A DNA stretch of 64,000 nt from positions 2,560,001 through 2,624,000 of the forward strand of contig CAWIAD010000001.1 in assembly GCA_963833985.1 (NCBI GenBank), written 5' to 3'. Origin of the DNA: an uncultured Planctomycetaceae bacterium. Lineage in GTDB: Bacteria; Planctomycetota; Planctomycetia; Isosphaerales; Isosphaeraceae. Shown in pieces: positions 12,839 to 23,380 of the stretch; position 1 is the first letter of the stretch, and every line of letters starts with the position of its first letter. A program made the position numbers and the translations under genes. Under the pieces are notes generated by a model that saw only the letters and a program-made list of their open reading frames with translations, was not told the DNA's origin and did not search any database.

Positions 12839-12958
12839 CCGTCGCACTGCTGCGATGGCGGTGGGCGGCTTCGGCCAGTGCCCCGCTCAAGTCGCCTGGC
12901 CAGCGCGCCTGCGAGGCACTAAACTGACTTCCCCGCGGCCGCACCCCAGTCAACCAGG

Positions 12959-14518
12959 ATGGAGCAGGCGCGGCCCCTTGCAAGGCTCGACCGGATGGAC
13001 CCCTGGAGCTTGCTCATGCATCGTTTCCCCATTGCACACCAGAAGTCGCTGGCGGTAGCCTCGGCGCTCGTCGCAATGTTCCTCGCCGCGAACCTTGCGA
13101 CCGCATCCCGCAGCCCGGTCGTCTGGCAAGACGAGGTCATGTTCGCCGACCCGGCGGTGAACCTGTACCTCGGCCACGGGTTCACCACCTCCGCCTGGTT
13201 CCAGAGCCGCGACACGCTCTTCGCGGGGAACAGCCCGCTCTATTCGCTCTCCCTCTACCCCTGGTTGCGGACGTTCGGATTCAGTGTGGTGGCCGTGCGG
13301 GCCTGGAATTACGTGCTCGTACTGGCCGCGGTGGGAGCCTGTGTCCTGGGTCTTTACCGGCTCGGCCTGGTACGCACGGCAGCGCCGGCTCTGGCGTTCG
13401 CGGGGCTCGTGCTGTGCGGCGATGGCGTCAGTTACTCCTACCGCTCGGGGCGGTACGACTGCCTGGGCATGCTGCTGGTGTCCGGGCTCTTCGTGCTGCT
13501 CACCTTCCGCCCCGGCCGCGCACGGATGGCGGGCCTTTTGCTGGTTTCCCTGCTCGTCCCCTGGGCCGGGCTCCAGTTGCTCGCGTACCTTGCCGTGCTT
13601 GGCCTGGCGCTCGTGTGGATCCGCGGCCGCAGCGCGCTGGCCGACCTCTTTCCCGCGGGCCTGGGGCTGTGCGCGGGTCTTGCCAGCCTGATTGTTTTCT
13701 TTCGATTTCAGGGCGTCTGGCACGAATTCGCCGGCTCGGTGGCGATCCTCGCCGGCACAGGACGGCCGATCGCCCAGCGAGCCGCCTCCGCGCTGCTCGC
13801 GCCGCTCACCGAGCCCAGCAGCATCCTCGTCCTCGCGGCCCTGGGGCTACTGGCGCTCAATTCGTTCCGGCGCGGAGATTTTCAATGGAGATCTCCGCTC
13901 GCCTTCGGCCTGGCGGCCGGGCTGCTCATCCCCGGCTTCCTCGCCTGCGCCGGGAAGTACGCACGCTATTATTGCTGGATGGCGTACATTCCGATGGCCG
14001 CGTGCGTTGCCGCCGAGTTTCAGAACGGCTGCGCGGGAGTCCTGCGCAAGGCGGCAATGGCTTTCCTGCTGCTGGCCTGTGCCGCCGGCCTGCCGGCGCG
14101 CCTGGCCGTGACCTGCCGGGAGTGGTCGCTACGGGATCCCGATCCCGTGGGCCAAATGGTCGCCCGCGAGGTCCGGCCCAGCGACTGGGTCTACACGGAA
14201 TACGAGGCGTACTACCCGGCCAAGAGGCTCGCTGCCCTGGTGTTCCTACCGCCCTACGCGGGGCTGGTGCCCGGCATGGAGGGCCGGCGGCCGGCCCTGA
14301 CCGCGTCCGAGCGCGACCGCGTGGACCTGCTGATCCTCAAACCGGCCACCGAGCAGGCGACCCTGCGCTTCTTCGGGGGCCGCTGGACGCTCGTGAGCCA
14401 GTACGCAGCCGACCACGGCAACGGAACGAATGTCAACAAGATGCTGGGTCGGGGCTCGCCACCCTATGAGATCCACATTTACCGCCGCCAGCCGAGCGCC
14501 GTCGCCCTGGCGCGGTGA
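12959..14518 (+). CDS. Polytopic membrane protein, probable GT-C fold glycosyltransferase (ArnT/PMT-like)
   Basis: WQDE acidic motif after TM1, GRYD motif, many hydrophobic helices, C-terminal soluble domain. Start uncertain. Confidence 0.6.
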   Translation: MEQARPLARLDRMDPWSLLMHRFPIAHQKSLAVASALVAMFLAANLATASRSPVVWQDEVMFADPAVNLYLGHGFTTSAWFQSRDTLFAGNSPLYSLSLYPWLRTFGFSVVAVRAWNYVLVLAAVGACVLGLYRLGLVRTAAPALAFAGLVLCGDGVSYSYRSGRYDCLGMLLVSGLFVLLTFRPGRARMAGLLLVSLLVPWAGLQLLAYLAVLGLALVWIRGRSALADLFPAGLGLCAGLASLIVFFRFQGVWHEFAGSVAILAGTGRPIAQRAASALLAPLTEPSSILVLAALGLLALNSFRRGDFQWRSPLAFGLAAGLLIPGFLACAGKYARYYCWMAYIPMAACVAAEFQNGCAGVLRKAAMAFLLLACAAGLPARLAVTCREWSLRDPDPVGQMVAREVRPSDWVYTEYEAYYPAKRLAALVFLPPYAGLVPGMEGRRPALTASERDRVDLLILKPATEQATLRFFGGRWTLVSQYAADHGNGTNVNKMLGRGSPPYEIHIYRRQPSAVALAR

Positions 14519-14536
14519 GGGCCGATGATCGAGCGC

Positions 14537-15472
14537 TCATTCCGCGAAGAGCTGGAGCTTCGAGTAGATCACCAGTACGCACGACGCCACCCAGAGTGCC
14601 CCGGTGCCCAGCAAGATCCGATCACTCACCAGCAGCTTCTCCGGGGCTTCACCCTCGCCCTCGACGGTGACCAGCAGCAGGTAGCGCGACACGCCATACA
14701 TCACCAGCGGCACGGTGACGACCAGCGATGCATTGCCCCGGTGACCCGTGACCGTGTAAAGCGCATAACAGAGGATGGCCAGCGTGGCTGTCATGCCCAG
14801 CATGAGGTCGAGGTAGCTGATCCGGTACTTGGACAGCACCGGCCGTCGAAACGGTTCGGCCTCACCGATGAGGTGCATTTCCCCGCGCCGCTTGGCAAAA
14901 CCCAGGAAGAGCGCCAGGAAGAACATGCAGAGGACGATCCAGGAAGTCGGCTTCACCTGGATCGCGTACACTCCGTAGAGCACGCGGAGCACGAACCCAA
15001 AGGCGATGATCAGCACGTCGAGCAACACGGTGTGCTTGAGGCGGATCGAGTACGCCACGTTCGTCACCAGGTACAGCGAGAGCACCATGCAGCAGAGAGG
15101 TGCCAGCCAGACGGTCGTGCCGAGTGCCCCGCAGGCCAGCAGGGCCGCGGCCGCAAGCGCCCAGGAGACGGGAACGAGCCCCGAGGCGATCGGCCGGTGC
15201 TGCTTCGAGGGGTTGAGCCGGTCCAGTCCGCGATCCACCACGTCGTTGAGCAGGTAGACGGCCGAAGCCGCCAGGCAGAACCCGGCGAACGCCAGAATCG
15301 ACTCCAGTATCGCCCCCGGCTCGAACATGCGGCCGGAGAAGACCAGTCCGGCGAAGCAGGCCAGGTTCTTGATCCACTGCCGCGGCCGGGCGGCCTGCGC
15401 CAGCGGGATCAGACTGCGAATGCCGGCATGCGGCTTCGGAAGTACGGCAATGGCCGACAGGTTGGCATCCAT
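14537..15472 (-). CDS. UbiA-family decaprenyl-phosphate phosphoribosyltransferase (DPPR synthase-like)
   Basis: RPRQWIKN, YLLNDVVDRGLDRLNPSKQHRPIASG, AYSIRLKH, GFVLRV, KRRGE, YALYT motifs of the DPPR synthase subfamily. Confidence 0.88.
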   Translation of the reverse strand: MDANLSAIAVLPKPHAGIRSLIPLAQAARPRQWIKNLACFAGLVFSGRMFEPGAILESILAFAGFCLAASAVYLLNDVVDRGLDRLNPSKQHRPIASGLVPVSWALAAAALLACGALGTTVWLAPLCCMVLSLYLVTNVAYSIRLKHTVLLDVLIIAFGFVLRVLYGVYAIQVKPTSWIVLCMFFLALFLGFAKRRGEMHLIGEAEPFRRPVLSKYRISYLDLMLGMTATLAILCYALYTVTGHRGNASLVVTVPLVMYGVSRYLLLVTVEGEGEAPEKLLVSDRILLGTGALWVASCVLVIYSKLQLFAE

Positions 15473-15659
15473 GCCTCGGGCTCCCTGGTGAAGTCTGGCC
15501 ACCTTGCCGGTTCGGGCGGGCTCGCTCAGTGAAGCGCAATCACCGTCGGGCAAGGCGTCTCGTGCAATGGAACAGATCCACCGCGCAGTGCTCCTGACGG
15601 AACTATATCGCAGGGTCGGCTTCGCCACAACGCCAGCTCGCCGGTGTTGACGGCGACGG

Positions 15660-16702
15660 TCAGAAGATGGGGGCGTCGTTGAATGCGGCCTGGCGAATGA
15701 AATAGCGCTTCACGGGGGGCGACAAGAGGTACACGGAAAGCATGGCGTAAACGAATATGACGCCCAGGCCGGACTCGACCCTCGCGAAGTCGAGCCGATC
15801 GGTGATCGGTCTGATCTCCACGTCCTCGTCGTCCAGCGAGTCGGCATCGTCCTTCTTCTGGACGCGCTGCACCACGGCTTCCTGATCCGCGAAGGTGGCC
15901 TGGTAGATGGGCAGGGCAATGAGCGACATGGCGGCCACGAACACGCCCAGGGTGAGTGCCAGCATCAGGTACTTGACCGAGCGGCCGATGTAAAACTGGA
16001 ACGCGCCATAGACGCCGAAGGCGGAGACCAGTGCCAGGCAGAGCCAGCCGTACTGGCTGGTTCCGGGCTCGCCCCGAACTGATTGAATCGCCGCCAGCAG
16101 CAGCAGGACCACCGACACCAGACCGCAGAGCATGCCCGTGATGGCAATATGAATCGGCGGGCCGGATGGGCGGGGGGGCGGCGGTGGGATCAGGTCGTCG
16201 TCATCCAGGCCGACGCGCATGCCGGTGTCCTGGTCGACGCCGCAGGCCGAGCAGATCGACATCCCCACGGGGACAAAGCCCCCGCAACGAATGCAGCGCC
16301 GCGCCTGGGAACGGGCTTCCGCGCCGTCTTCTTTCGCCTGCGGGCGGATGCGTCGTCCTGGAACAGGGCTTCGGCGTCGCTCACTACCGGCTTCTGGCCG
16401 CTCACCATCGACTTCTCGATCGACTGAGCCGTCCCCATCGGCAAGTCGAACATCTCGCGCAGGTCTCGCTCGCCCACGGGCACCGGCAGGTCATCATGGC
16501 TCGGCGGCCGCTTGCCGAATTCTCGCGAAGACATGAGGTCGGCGTCGGCGGGCCCCGCCACCGTCGATTCGGAGCTTGCGTCCTTCTGGGAGATGACAAA
16601 CTTATGACCGCAACGGGGGCACTTCACCCGCTTCCCGGCCGCGATCGAGTCGGGCAGATTGAGGATGATGCCGCATTTCTGACAGAGCATGGTGCGAGGC
16701 AT
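15660..16702 (-). CDS. Zinc-ribbon membrane protein (frameshift near 16322)
   Basis: ORF ...16702 (CQKC...CPRC) joins ORF 15660-16268 through the alternate frame AEARSQARRCIRCGGFVPVGMSICSACG; about 4 C-terminal TM helices. Confidence 0.7.
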
Positions 16703-16983
16703 GATTCCGGTCGCCAGCAGTCTCGATTTCAATCTTATACGATCGCGGAGTCAAAGCGTGATTCGGCGGACCGCCTCTGGTTCGCAGTCGGCCCCGGTCC
16801 AGGGCAAGACGGTCGCTCCACGGTACTTCTACGATTGATACTTCGAGTCCGCAGCATCAGGCGGAAGAATTCGAAGAAAACGCATCATCTGGAATGGTAA
16901 GCCGGCGCTGGATGGGCTCGCCTGGCTTGCGCTATCGGAGAAGAACTCATGATATCATCCTGGGGTGCTCCTGTCACGGGTGT

Positions 16984-17436
16984 TCAGGCGAATTCGAGCA
17001 TTCGCCGGGTCGCCTCGTGACGGTATTCAAACATCTTCTCCAGCCTGGATTGCAAGAAGTGGCCAGCGAACAGTTCGCCCAGCTTTCCCATGGGCGGCTG
17101 GTATTCGACCTCGTCACGCAGCAGGGTCCCTCCCTGACCATCCTCCAGAAACCAATGCCGATGATACCAGTAGGCGAACGGACCGGAGACCTGGCGATCA
17201 GCGAACATCCGGCCAGGATCGTATTCAGTGTGTTCGGCCACCCAGCGCACCGGCAACAGTCCCACCCAGGTCTGGATCACCACCCGGCTGCCCGGCTGGA
17301 GCGAGCCTGGAGCCTCAATGACCTTGACGTTCTCCCAGGGCGGTGTCAGCTTCTCCAGGGCCCCTGGACTTTCATAAAAGGCAAACACAGCCGCCGGCGG
17401 CGCGGCGATCGACGATTCCTTGACAAAGTGCTGCAT
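16984..17436 (-). CDS. SRPBCC (START-like) family protein
   Basis: VFAFYESPGALEKLTPPW, WVAEH, FADRQVSGPFAYWYHRH, MFEYRH. Confidence 0.88.
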   Translation of the reverse strand: MQHFVKESSIAAPPAAVFAFYESPGALEKLTPPWENVKVIEAPGSLQPGSRVVIQTWVGLLPVRWVAEHTEYDPGRMFADRQVSGPFAYWYHRHWFLEDGQGGTLLRDEVEYQPPMGKLGELFAGHFLQSRLEKMFEYRHEATRRMLEFA

Positions 17437-17781
17437 CCGGCTCCGAATACCCCCCAGGAGTGAAAATGCTCTTGCGCACTCCCTCTTGCGGCTCCGTTGT
17501 CCTCTAGTATTCTTGTTGGGAATGGCACTGCTGTCAAACGCACTGGCGCACGATCCCGGCAGCGGTACGGCCGCATGCGGCCCGCACGCCGCGCAACTCT
17601 TTCAATCGCCGTGCCAACGCTTCAGCAACTCCTTGACCGACGGCGCACTTCGGGGTTAGCCTGAGTTCAGTGCTTGTTTCCGATAGCGAGCGGCATGCGC
17701 AGTTCCGGTCGGGAACCTCCCACCTTGCCCTCCGCACGAACCATCCCGAGTCCTGTTTCAGCGGTTGAGGAGTCTGACATC

Positions 17782-19311
17782 ATGAGAGAAAAAGCCACGG
17801 TAACCCGCCGCACCTTCCTGGAAACCGCTGGAGTGGCGACTGGCGCTGCCGTTGCCGCCGGCTCGTTTCCGCACCCCGTCCTGGGCAAGGTCAAAGGCGC
17901 CAACGAGCGGATCAACATCGCCATCCTCGGCCCCGGCGGACGGGCCCAGGAACACATCCGCATCCTCAACCATCTGAAAGACGAAACCAAGTCCATCGAC
18001 GTCATCGGCGTGTGCGACGTCTGGGACGGCGGCACCTGGATGGAAGGCGGCCGCCGGACTGGCCGGGGACTTTATTACTCGGCCCAGCGCTGCGGTCTGG
18101 ACCACCAGGGCAAGGACAAGGAGCGCGTCACCAAGGACTATCGCCGGCTACTCGAATGCAAGGATATCGACGCGGTCCTCATCGCCACGCCCGACCACTG
18201 GCACGCGCGGATGTCGATTGACGCCATGGAGGCGGGCAAGGACGTCTACTGCGAAAAGCCGATGACCCACACCATTGATGAGGCCCGCAAGGTGGCGGAA
18301 ACGGTCAAGAAGACCAAGCAGGTCTTCACCGTCGGTGTCCAGTCCACCGCCGACCCCCGCTGGAAGCTGGCCAACCAGATGATCACCGAGGGGAAGATCG
18401 GCCATGTCATGCAGGGCCAGACCTCGTACTACCGCAACAGCAACGAGGGGCAGTGGCGCTATTACCACCTCACGAAGGACATGACGCCCCAGACCGTGGA
18501 CTGGAAGATGTTCCTGGGCACCGAGTTCGGCCTGGCGCCGGAGATGCCGTTCAACCGCGCCAAGTACGCGCAGTGGCGGTGCTACTGGGAATTCGGCGGC
18601 GGCATGTACACAGACCTGTTCGTCCATCAGCTCACCCACCTGATCACCGCCATGGGCGTGCGTTTCCCGCGGCGGGTGGTCGGTGCCGGCGGACTCTACC
18701 TGGAGTATGACGGCCGCGACGTCCCCGACATGGCCACCGTCGTCGCCGACTACGACGAGGGCTGCCAGGTACTCATCTCCGCCACGATGTGCAACGACGT
18801 CCAGCTTCCCGAGGTCATCCGCGGCCACACCGCAACGGTGAAATTTGATCCGAACCCGCACGGCGGCTTCGCGGTGGTGCAGCAAAAGCTCGAAGGCCGC
18901 CCGGCCCCTCCCGGCACCAACCAGGGCGAAGGTGGTGACACCTTCAAGCCGCAGCAGCCGCGCGAAGACACCCGCGCCCTCTGGGAGCACTTCCTCGAAT
19001 GCACCCGCTCGCGTAACCCCGAGACCCTCTGTCCGGCCGACCTCGGCTACGCGGCCATCACCACCGTAAACATGGGCGTGAAGTCGTACCGCGAAGGCAA
19101 GGCCTTCTACTTTGACAAGGACAACGGCCAGGTCATCGAGGCCGACGGTGCCTGGGCGGCCCGCTGGGAAGAACGTAGCCATCTCCGCGGCAAACCCAAC
19201 CAGGTGCTCGGCTGGAAAGCCGGCGAGACAGGCTCGCTCCTTCAAGCACCCAGCTACCAGAAGCTCGAAGGCGACTGGATCGCCGGCAAGGACCCGGCCG
19301 AGAACGCCTGA
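17782..19311 (+). CDS. Tat-exported Gfo/Idh/MocA family oxidoreductase
   Basis: TRRTFL Tat signal, GPGGRA Rossmann loop, IATPDHWH, DVYCEKP, WRCYWEFGGGMYTDLFVH; GAGGAG RBS. Confidence 0.92.
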   Translation: MREKATVTRRTFLETAGVATGAAVAAGSFPHPVLGKVKGANERINIAILGPGGRAQEHIRILNHLKDETKSIDVIGVCDVWDGGTWMEGGRRTGRGLYYSAQRCGLDHQGKDKERVTKDYRRLLECKDIDAVLIATPDHWHARMSIDAMEAGKDVYCEKPMTHTIDEARKVAETVKKTKQVFTVGVQSTADPRWKLANQMITEGKIGHVMQGQTSYYRNSNEGQWRYYHLTKDMTPQTVDWKMFLGTEFGLAPEMPFNRAKYAQWRCYWEFGGGMYTDLFVHQLTHLITAMGVRFPRRVVGAGGLYLEYDGRDVPDMATVVADYDEGCQVLISATMCNDVQLPEVIRGHTATVKFDPNPHGGFAVVQQKLEGRPAPPGTNQGEGGDTFKPQQPREDTRALWEHFLECTRSRNPETLCPADLGYAAITTVNMGVKSYREGKAFYFDKDNGQVIEADGAWAARWEERSHLRGKPNQVLGWKAGETGSLLQAPSYQKLEGDWIAGKDPAENA

Positions 19312-19497
19312 CGCTCCGCCGTTCCGCAACGATCCGTAACCGATCCGCCCTGCTGCCGCTCCCACGAGCTGCCGCCGGGCGGATCGTGCTTTTTTCCCTC
19401 CCACTGCTCCTGGCTGCGCTGCCAACCACGGTGATCACAGAAGACAAGATCCCGAGTCATCAGAGAAAAAGGCAACCACGCAGAATACAGAAGGCAT

Positions 19498-20072
19498 GAA
19501 CCACAGAGATCACAGAGACCACAGAGAGAGAAGCAAGCAAAGCAAGGAAAGTCCATACAACGATTCGCCATCTCTTCCTCTGTGTGCTGGCCGGTCCGTT
19601 CTTCTTGTCTTGGTTTTTTCGGGTTCCCTCTCTGCCTCTGTGCTCTCCGTGCTCTCTGTGGTTCGTTCCTCTGGCTTGGCCTTCTTCGCACTTTCCTCTC
19701 TTCCTCTGTGCTCTCCGTGCTCTCTGTGGTTCGTTCCTCTGGCTTGGCCTTCTTCGCACTTTCCTCTCTTCCTCTGTGCTCTCTGTGCTCTCTGTGGTTC
19801 GTTCCTCTGGCTTGGCCTTCTTCGCACTTTCCTCTCTTCCTCTGTGCTCTCTGTGCTCTCTGTGGTTCGTTCCTCTTGCCTTCCCTGCTTCGGACTTTCC
19901 GCTCTTCCTCTGTGCTCTCTGTGCTCTCTGTGGTTCGTTCCTCTTGCTTGGCCTTCTTCGGCACTTTCCTCTCTTCCTCTGTGCTCTCTGTGCTCTCTGT
20001 GGTTCGTTCCTCTTGCCTTCCCTGCTTCGGACTTTTCTCTCTTCCTTGATGCTTTCAGTGGTTCGTTCCTCT
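19498..20072. repeat. 68-bp tandem repeat array plus one inverted copy of its core
   Basis: Core CCTCTGTGCTCTC(T/C)GTGCTCTCTGTGGTTCGTTCCTCT starts at 19635, 19703, 19771, 19839, 19907 and 19976, with degenerate copies at 19577 and 20044; inverted core GAACCACAGAGATCACAGAGACCACAGAG at 19498-19526. Confidence 0.95.
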
Positions 20073-20295
20073 TGTCCTGGTTTCCGTTTTCCAGTGCTTT
20101 TTCCCCCAGCCGGCCAACCGCGAACTACGCTTGAGATGAAATGTCGCAATAGGCAGCGCCTGGCACCTGCCCCGATCACGAGGTTGCGCAATGATTCTAC
20201 GCATCACTTTTGCCGGTCTCTTGCTGTTGATGCTGGGACAGCCAATGAACGCCCTGGCCAGCTCGAAGCTTCGCACCGATTGTCCGCGTACCGGT

Positions 20296-21445
20296 TCACG
20301 CCTCGTAGCAGATCCCGTCGACGTAGGTGTGCGCCAGATGGAGCCCGTCAGCCGGCTCCTCGCGGTAGATCACAAGGTTCGCGGCCTGCCCGGGTTCTAG
20401 CTCGGGAGGTGGCTGGCAGAGCAGACGTGCGGGGTTGCGGGTTGTGGTCTTCAGCACTTCGACCATAGGCCATGCGACCGCGGCCCGCAGGTTGGCCAGT
20501 CCGGTCGCCAGCGGCTGGTTCGAGCCGGCGAGGTAAGGCGTGCCGGCAACCAGCACCTTGCCCGCGGGATGAACCTCCCAGGCGCCATACCGGCCAGCGG
20601 GCAGGCCTGCCAGCGGACTGGCGTCCGAGACGAGGATCAAGCGGTCGGGCCCCTTGGCGCGGGCCAGGACTCGCAACACCGCAGCATCAAGGTGGTGCCC
20701 ATCGGCAATCACCGACGCGAACAGCTCGTCCAGCGCGGCTTGCTCCCAGATCGGGTTGGGATGCCGCGGCAGCTCGGCGGCGATCCCGTTCCCCAGGTGC
20801 GTGCTCAGCGTCGCCCCGGCCGCGACAGCCCGGTGCAGTGTGGTCCGGTCGGCCGCCGTGTGGCCCAGAGCCACCACCATTCCGGATCCGCGCCAGCCCG
20901 ATCAGCTCCAACGCCCCGGGCCGCTCGGGAGACAGGGTGATGATCGCGATCCGCCCGCCGGCTGCCTCCTGCATCGCGCCGAGGAATTCGGGTTCAGGGT
21001 CGCAGACCGCTTCCAGGGGATGGGCACCCCGGTACCCCTCGCGATCCGACAGGAACGGCCCCTCAAGGTGCAGTCCCAGCACCATCCGGGCAGTCTGTGG
21101 ATCGCTGGCGCAGGCCGCGGCGATCGTCCGCGCCCCATGAATCATGTGCTCCCGCGGCGCGGTCATGAGCGTGGGACAGAGCCGCGCCGTGCCCACCGCG
21201 GCCTGGGTCCGCACGATCGCGATGACCTGCTCGACGGTCAGCTCCGGGCTGGAGAACGAGTGCCCCCAGCGGCCGTTCAACTGGAGGTCCCAGAACGCGG
21301 GTGCGATCCACTCGTCGTCCGACCTGATCTCCGCGCTGCCGGAAGCCGGCCGGACCTCAGCGATGCGGTCGTGCCGGAGCGCGACCTTGACCCAGCAGGA
21401 GCTGCGGTAGTCACGGGCGACGATCCAGCGGGCCGGTTGATCCAT
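20296..21445 (-). CDS. nagA: N-acetylglucosamine-6-phosphate deacetylase (frameshift near 20885)
   Basis: PAFWDLQLNG, LHLEGPF, LSPE in the 5' ORF; LGHT, THLGNG, IADGHH, LVSDA, LAGS, NPARLL in the 3' ORF. Confidence 0.82.
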
Positions 21446-21474
21446 GGCAGAGGTGCAGGGGGAATTCACTCGAG

Positions 21475-23088
21475 TCAGCCGCGGCTCATCTCCCGGCGCC
21501 TCAGCCCGGCGCCCACGAAGTCGCGGAACAGCGGGTGTGCCTTCGTCGGCTTCGACTGGAACTCGGGATGGAACTGGACGGCCAGGAACCAGGGGTGATT
21601 TCGCAGCTCCACGATCTCGACGATCTCGCCGTCGGGGCTGGTGCCCGAAGGCACCAGGCCGTGCTGCTCGAACGACCGGCGATAATCGTTGTTGAACTCA
21701 TAGCGATGGCGGTGCCGCTCGCTCACCCGCTCTGCCCCATAGGCTTTGCGGGCCAGCCTGTCGGGCACGAGCTGGCAGGGCCAGGCGCCCGAGCGCATCG
21801 TCCCGCCAAGCTGCTGCACGGCTCTCTGGCTTTCCATGAGCGCGATCACCGGGTGGCTGCTGGTCTTGTCGAATTCGGTGCTGTTGGCGTCCTCCAGCCC
21901 AAGGATACTTCGGGCGAATTCGATGACCGCGCACTGCATACCCAGGCAGATGCCGAAGAACGGGATCTGGTTCATCCGCGCGTAGCGGATCGCCTCGATC
22001 TTGCCCTCGATGCCACGCATACCGAACCCGCCAGGAACGAGGATCCCGTCCACTCCCCCCAGCAGCGCGTCGGCCCCGCGGGCGCTCACCTCCTCGGCCT
22101 CCACCCGCACCACCAGCACGCGGGCCCGGTGCGCGATGCCGGCGTGGTCCAGCGATTCATAGACCGACTTGTATGAATCGCGATGCTTCATGTACTTGCC
22201 GACGACCGCGATCCGCACCTCGTGCTTCGGGTTCATGATGCGGTCGACCATCTCGCTCCAGGAGGAGAGGTCCAGCGGCGCGGCACGCAGTCCCAGTCGC
22301 TTCACAAGGATATCGTCCAGGCCGTGCTTCACCAGGCTGAGCGGCACCTCGTAGATGCTGAACTGCTTGTCGCGCTCCTCGATCACGGCCTTGCGGTCCA
22401 CATTGCAGAAGAGGGCGATCTTGTCCTTGTCGTCGGCAGAGATGGGCACCTCGGTGCGGCAGACCAGGATGTCCGGCTGGATGCCGATTTGCCGCAGGGC
22501 CCCCACCGAATGCTGGGTCGGCTTCGTCTTCAGTTCGGCGGCCGCCTTCAGGTAAGGCACCAGCGTGAGGTGGATGTACACGCAGTTCTCGCGGCCCACG
22601 TCCAGGGCGAACTGGCGGATGGCTTCCAGGAAAGGCAATCCTTCGATGTCGCCGACCGTGCCACCGATCTCGGTGATCACCACGTCCACGTCGTCGCCCG
22701 CGACCCGGTGCGTGGCCGCCTTGATCTCGTCGGTGACGTGCGGAATCACCTGCACGGTCTTCCCCTCGTAATAGCCCTCGCGCTCCTTCTGGATGACGGA
22801 CTGGTAAATCTTCCCCGTCGTGTAGTTGCAGTCCCTGGTGAGCGGTGCATGAGTGAACCGCTCGTAATGACCCAGGTCGAGGTCGGTCTCGGCGCCGTCG
22901 TCGAGCACGTAGACCTCACCATGCTGGTACGGGCTCATGGTCCCCGGATCGACGTTGATGTAAGGGTCGAACTTCTGGAGCCGCACCCGCAGCCCGCGCC
23001 GTTCCAGGATCATGCCGATCGATGCGCAGGTTAAGCCCTTGCCGAGCGAGCTCACCACGCCGCCCGTCACGAAGATGTGCTTGGCCAT
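21475..23088 (-). CDS. pyrG: CTP synthase
   Basis: [64 protein letters not shown]. Confidence 0.98.
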   Translation of the reverse strand: MAKHIFVTGGVVSSLGKGLTCASIGMILERRGLRVRLQKFDPYINVDPGTMSPYQHGEVYVLDDGAETDLDLGHYERFTHAPLTRDCNYTTGKIYQSVIQKEREGYYEGKTVQVIPHVTDEIKAATHRVAGDDVDVVITEIGGTVGDIEGLPFLEAIRQFALDVGRENCVYIHLTLVPYLKAAAELKTKPTQHSVGALRQIGIQPDILVCRTEVPISADDKDKIALFCNVDRKAVIEERDKQFSIYEVPLSLVKHGLDDILVKRLGLRAAPLDLSSWSEMVDRIMNPKHEVRIAVVGKYMKHRDSYKSVYESLDHAGIAHRARVLVVRVEAEEVSARGADALLGGVDGILVPGGFGMRGIEGKIEAIRYARMNQIPFFGICLGMQCAVIEFARSILGLEDANSTEFDKTSSHPVIALMESQRAVQQLGGTMRSGAWPCQLVPDRLARKAYGAERVSERHRHRYEFNNDYRRSFEQHGLVPSGTSPDGEIVEIVELRNHPWFLAVQFHPEFQSKPTKAHPLFRDFVGAGLRRREMSRG

Positions 23089-23130
23089 CAGCGTTCCTCT
23101 GCTTGCACCGTCCAGGGCTGGTAAAAGCAC

Positions 23131-23139
23131 AGTATAGCA
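23131..23139 (-). promoter_or_regulatory. Putative extended -10 promoter element for pyrG
   Basis: TGcTATACT on the minus strand, about 43 bp upstream of the pyrG ATG. Confidence 0.35.
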
Positions 23140-23380
23140 GATTTGCCCTGCCGGCGAGACGTCGTGCTCCTCGCACCTGGTTGCCAACCACGTGGCCGGG
23201 CCCCTGCGTTCCCGGGTTCCACGTCATGACTCGAGCCGCATATCACGGCGCGAGCCAGTCCACGAGCCGCAGCCACCGCATGTCCGCGAGAGATGGGAAT
23301 GGGATTGTGCGTCATCGTGCCGAGGCCGTACGCCCGGAAACCGGGGGCACTCTTCCGGGCGGGCCCGGCGGAGACTGGAT

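Noticed and set aside
17534..17737. Short minus-strand ORF with an ACT/NikR-like phrase (AEALARRLKELRGV)
   Set aside because: Too short and lies in the divergent promoter region; the resemblance is not supportable.
19635..20072. CRISPR array (about 38-bp repeat plus 30-bp spacer geometry)
   Set aside because: The spacers are near-identical copies of two variants, the repeat is a low-complexity 9-mer multimer, and there are no cas genes in the window.
19254..20468. ORFs across the tandem array (TTESTESTEE, NHREHREHR, LCALCALCG proteins)
   Set aside because: Frames are open only because the strand bias removes stop codons; the 68-bp period cycles through all three frames.
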